NCBI GenBank assembly: GCA_964057225.1
Contig: OZ059895.1
Coordinates: forward strand, 11,780,001 to 11,844,000
DNA from: Auanema rhodensis
Taxonomy: Eukaryota; Animalia; Nematoda
Length of the DNA stretch: 64,000 nucleotides
Direction of reading: 5' to 3'
In this document: piece after piece, positions 61,858 through 64,000 of the stretch
Numbering within the stretch: position 1 is the first letter of the stretch
Layout of the letters: every line of letters begins with the position of its first letter
Position numbers and translations under genes: made by a program
The notes under the pieces: model-generated
Seen by the model: the letters and a program-made list of their open reading frames with translations, nothing else
Databases searched by the model: none
What the model was told of the DNA's origin: nothing

Positions 61858-62683
61858 CTATAATAAACAACATTTATAACAGTTTACATGCTTTTTTATT
61901 TTTTTTTAAAGTTTAAATAAAAATAGTTTTAAGAATATATATAATATGAATGGTTTCATCTTTTGCTTATAATTATTTTGTCTCTTTGTTTGTTATAGTC
62001 GTTATTTTTTATTTAATTGAAATGGTTTCCAATATATTTTAGTTTGTTTCAAAAGATTAGAAAAATACAAAATATTTGAATGTTTCAGTTTTTGAGCATC
62101 AATTTTTTTTTAATGTTTAAAAATTTAATATATAAAAATTAAATAATAGTAGAATTATAAAATTGTTTAAAATATATATATAAATAAAAGAGATGAAGTG
62201 AAATGGTTTAGAAAATACAAAATATTTAAATGTTTCAGTTTTTGAGCATCACAATATTGAAATTTAAATGTTTTTTAGTGATTGAAAATTTAATAAACGA
62301 AATTATGAAAAAGTGATAGAAATTTAAATTTGTTCAAGATATGTGATTAAATAAAAGAGATGAAGTGAAATGGCTTAGAGAATATAAATCTGTTTCATGT
62401 TTCAGTTTTTGAGCATCACAATATTGAAATTTAAATGTTTTTTAATGATTAAAAATTTAAAAAATGAAATTATGAAATAGTGGTAGAAATATAAAATTGT
62501 TTAAAATAGATGAAGTGAAATGGTTTAGAAAAAACAAAATATTTAAATGTTTCTGTTTTTGCGCATCAAAGTATTTAAATTTAAGTGTAATTTAATGATT
62601 AAAAAGTTTAATAAATAAAAATTATAAAGTAGTGGTACAAATTTAAAATCATTTAAAATATGGAATTAAATAAAAGAGATGGA

Positions 62684-63510
62684 GTGAGCGATCTAACGAC
62701 CACGTTGGTGAACCGACCAGTGCGTTTTATGCGTCGGTGTGACCACTATAATACACACTTTTTATAATGGTTATACGCTTTTATTTTAAATATAAATAAT
62801 TTTTGTTTATAACTTTTAATAAATTTACTTTTCTTTAAATTATTTTTATATGCTTTTATTAAAAATGAATGGCATTTGATTTTTAAATATAAAATTTTTT
62901 TTTTCAACTTTGAAAAAACTTTTATAAACATTTGTTAATGTTTGAAAATAAATGAAAAGGTCAAGATGGTGTTTTTATATTTTACTAGTTCAAAATGTTT
63001 GAAATATTTATAATTTGTAAGAATTCAAAATTGGTTGAAAAAAAGATATATAGTGAGATAAAATGTAAAGATTTTAAAATGAATGCTGTTCAAAAGAATG
63101 AATATATAAATCTCAAAATACTTGCAATTTGTTTGATAAAAGATATAGATTGAGATGAAATGTAAAGATGAGAGAGAGAGAATTTTATGAATGCAATTGA
63201 AAAAGAGAAATAAATTTCAAAATGTTTTCAAAATATGCAATTGGAGCAAGAGAAAATTTCATGTTTCAAAAGATATATTATGAAATAATATGTAAATAAA
63301 AGATCGCACCTCTATTTTACAGACATCATTGAATGTCGCTCCATATCCGACTTGCCCTCCACTGGTTGATGGGGTAGCGGGATCCCATTCGCTTAAAAAG
63401 AAAAAACTAAATGTTATAATTTTTAATATAGCTTACTCATCACTGTCATCCAAGGTTATTACTTCAATAACCCTTGATGATGAGGGCCCACTGTTAAAAG
63501 TGGGTGATGT
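62684..63510 (-). pseudogene. Duplicate of the lineage-A pPolB 5' exons
   Basis: Copy of 54436-55262 at offset 8248. Confidence 0.78.
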
Positions 63511-64000
63511 GGGTGGCCATAAATTCTCGGCACCCCCCAAAATTTTCAATTTTTTTATTTTAAAAAAAGTTTTTCTGTTTTTCACAATTATTCGAGTATA
63601 ATCTACTTTATTTAACTGTTTTGAACTTTATTCTCTAACTTCAAAAGGTTTTCCCCACGTTTTAAGTCCAAAATTTTTATTAGAATGATTTATGGAGCAT
63701 GAACAGATAACCAAAAAATTTTAAAATTTCAAAAAATCATAAAAAATAATTTCCGAACAAAAATAAAAAAATTATTCGTAAAAACAATACTTTGAACTAT
63801 CGAGAAACTAAAAAAAATACTTAATATCGTGTGGCGTGTCCTCTAGCTTCGATAACCGCTTTGCATCTTCGTGGCATTGATGCAACTAGTTTTTCCAGAA
63901 GTCTTCGTGGCAATTTCTTCCAGGTTTCCCTCAGGATCTTCATTTTTTTATCCGGTTTCTTGCAGTTTGTTTTTCTGACCCTCCACTTCAATATCGACCA
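63511..64000 (-). mobile_element. Duplicate of the Tc1 element 3' end (runs off window)
   Basis: 63821-64000 equals 55573-55752 (…ARGHATRY*). Confidence 0.92.

Larger units (their letters stand above)
60112..64000. repeat. Direct segmental duplication of 51861-55752 (offset 8251 to 8248 bp), continuing off the right edge
   Basis: ORF pairs 51944/60194, 52288/60538, 53146/61396, 54498/62746 and 55081/63329 are identical or differ by one residue. Confidence 0.98.

Overview
AT-rich, heterochromatin-like eukaryotic DNA, most likely nematode (about 45-bp GT..AG introns, TTTCAG acceptor, Tc1/mariner/Merlin elements). No intact host gene was found. 1-24491 is a ~397.7-bp satellite with higher-order repeats. 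24492-35453 is a decayed Maverick/Polinton (virus-like transposon) carrying integrase, packaging ATPase, minor and major capsid, adenain-like protease, a protein-VI-like core protein, a zinc-finger protein and an internally deleted pPolB. 4.2 kb of it is duplicated in inverted orientation, giving a ~9.1-kb fold-back palindrome with a 735-bp spacer. 35.5-43.3 kb holds Tc1 relics, degenerate host-like ORFs, inverted variant units of satellite 1, Merlin (ISXO2-like) transposons and a dense TTCTAGAA heat-shock-element-like array. 43.3-51.2 kb and 56.5-60.1 kb are a 168-bp satellite. 51.3-56.5 kb is an island of intron-containing pPolB pieces from two Maverick lineages with nested mariner and Tc1 elements, duplicated about 8.25 kb downstream (60112 to the window end). 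All family assignments come from motif recognition by eye; no database searches were run.
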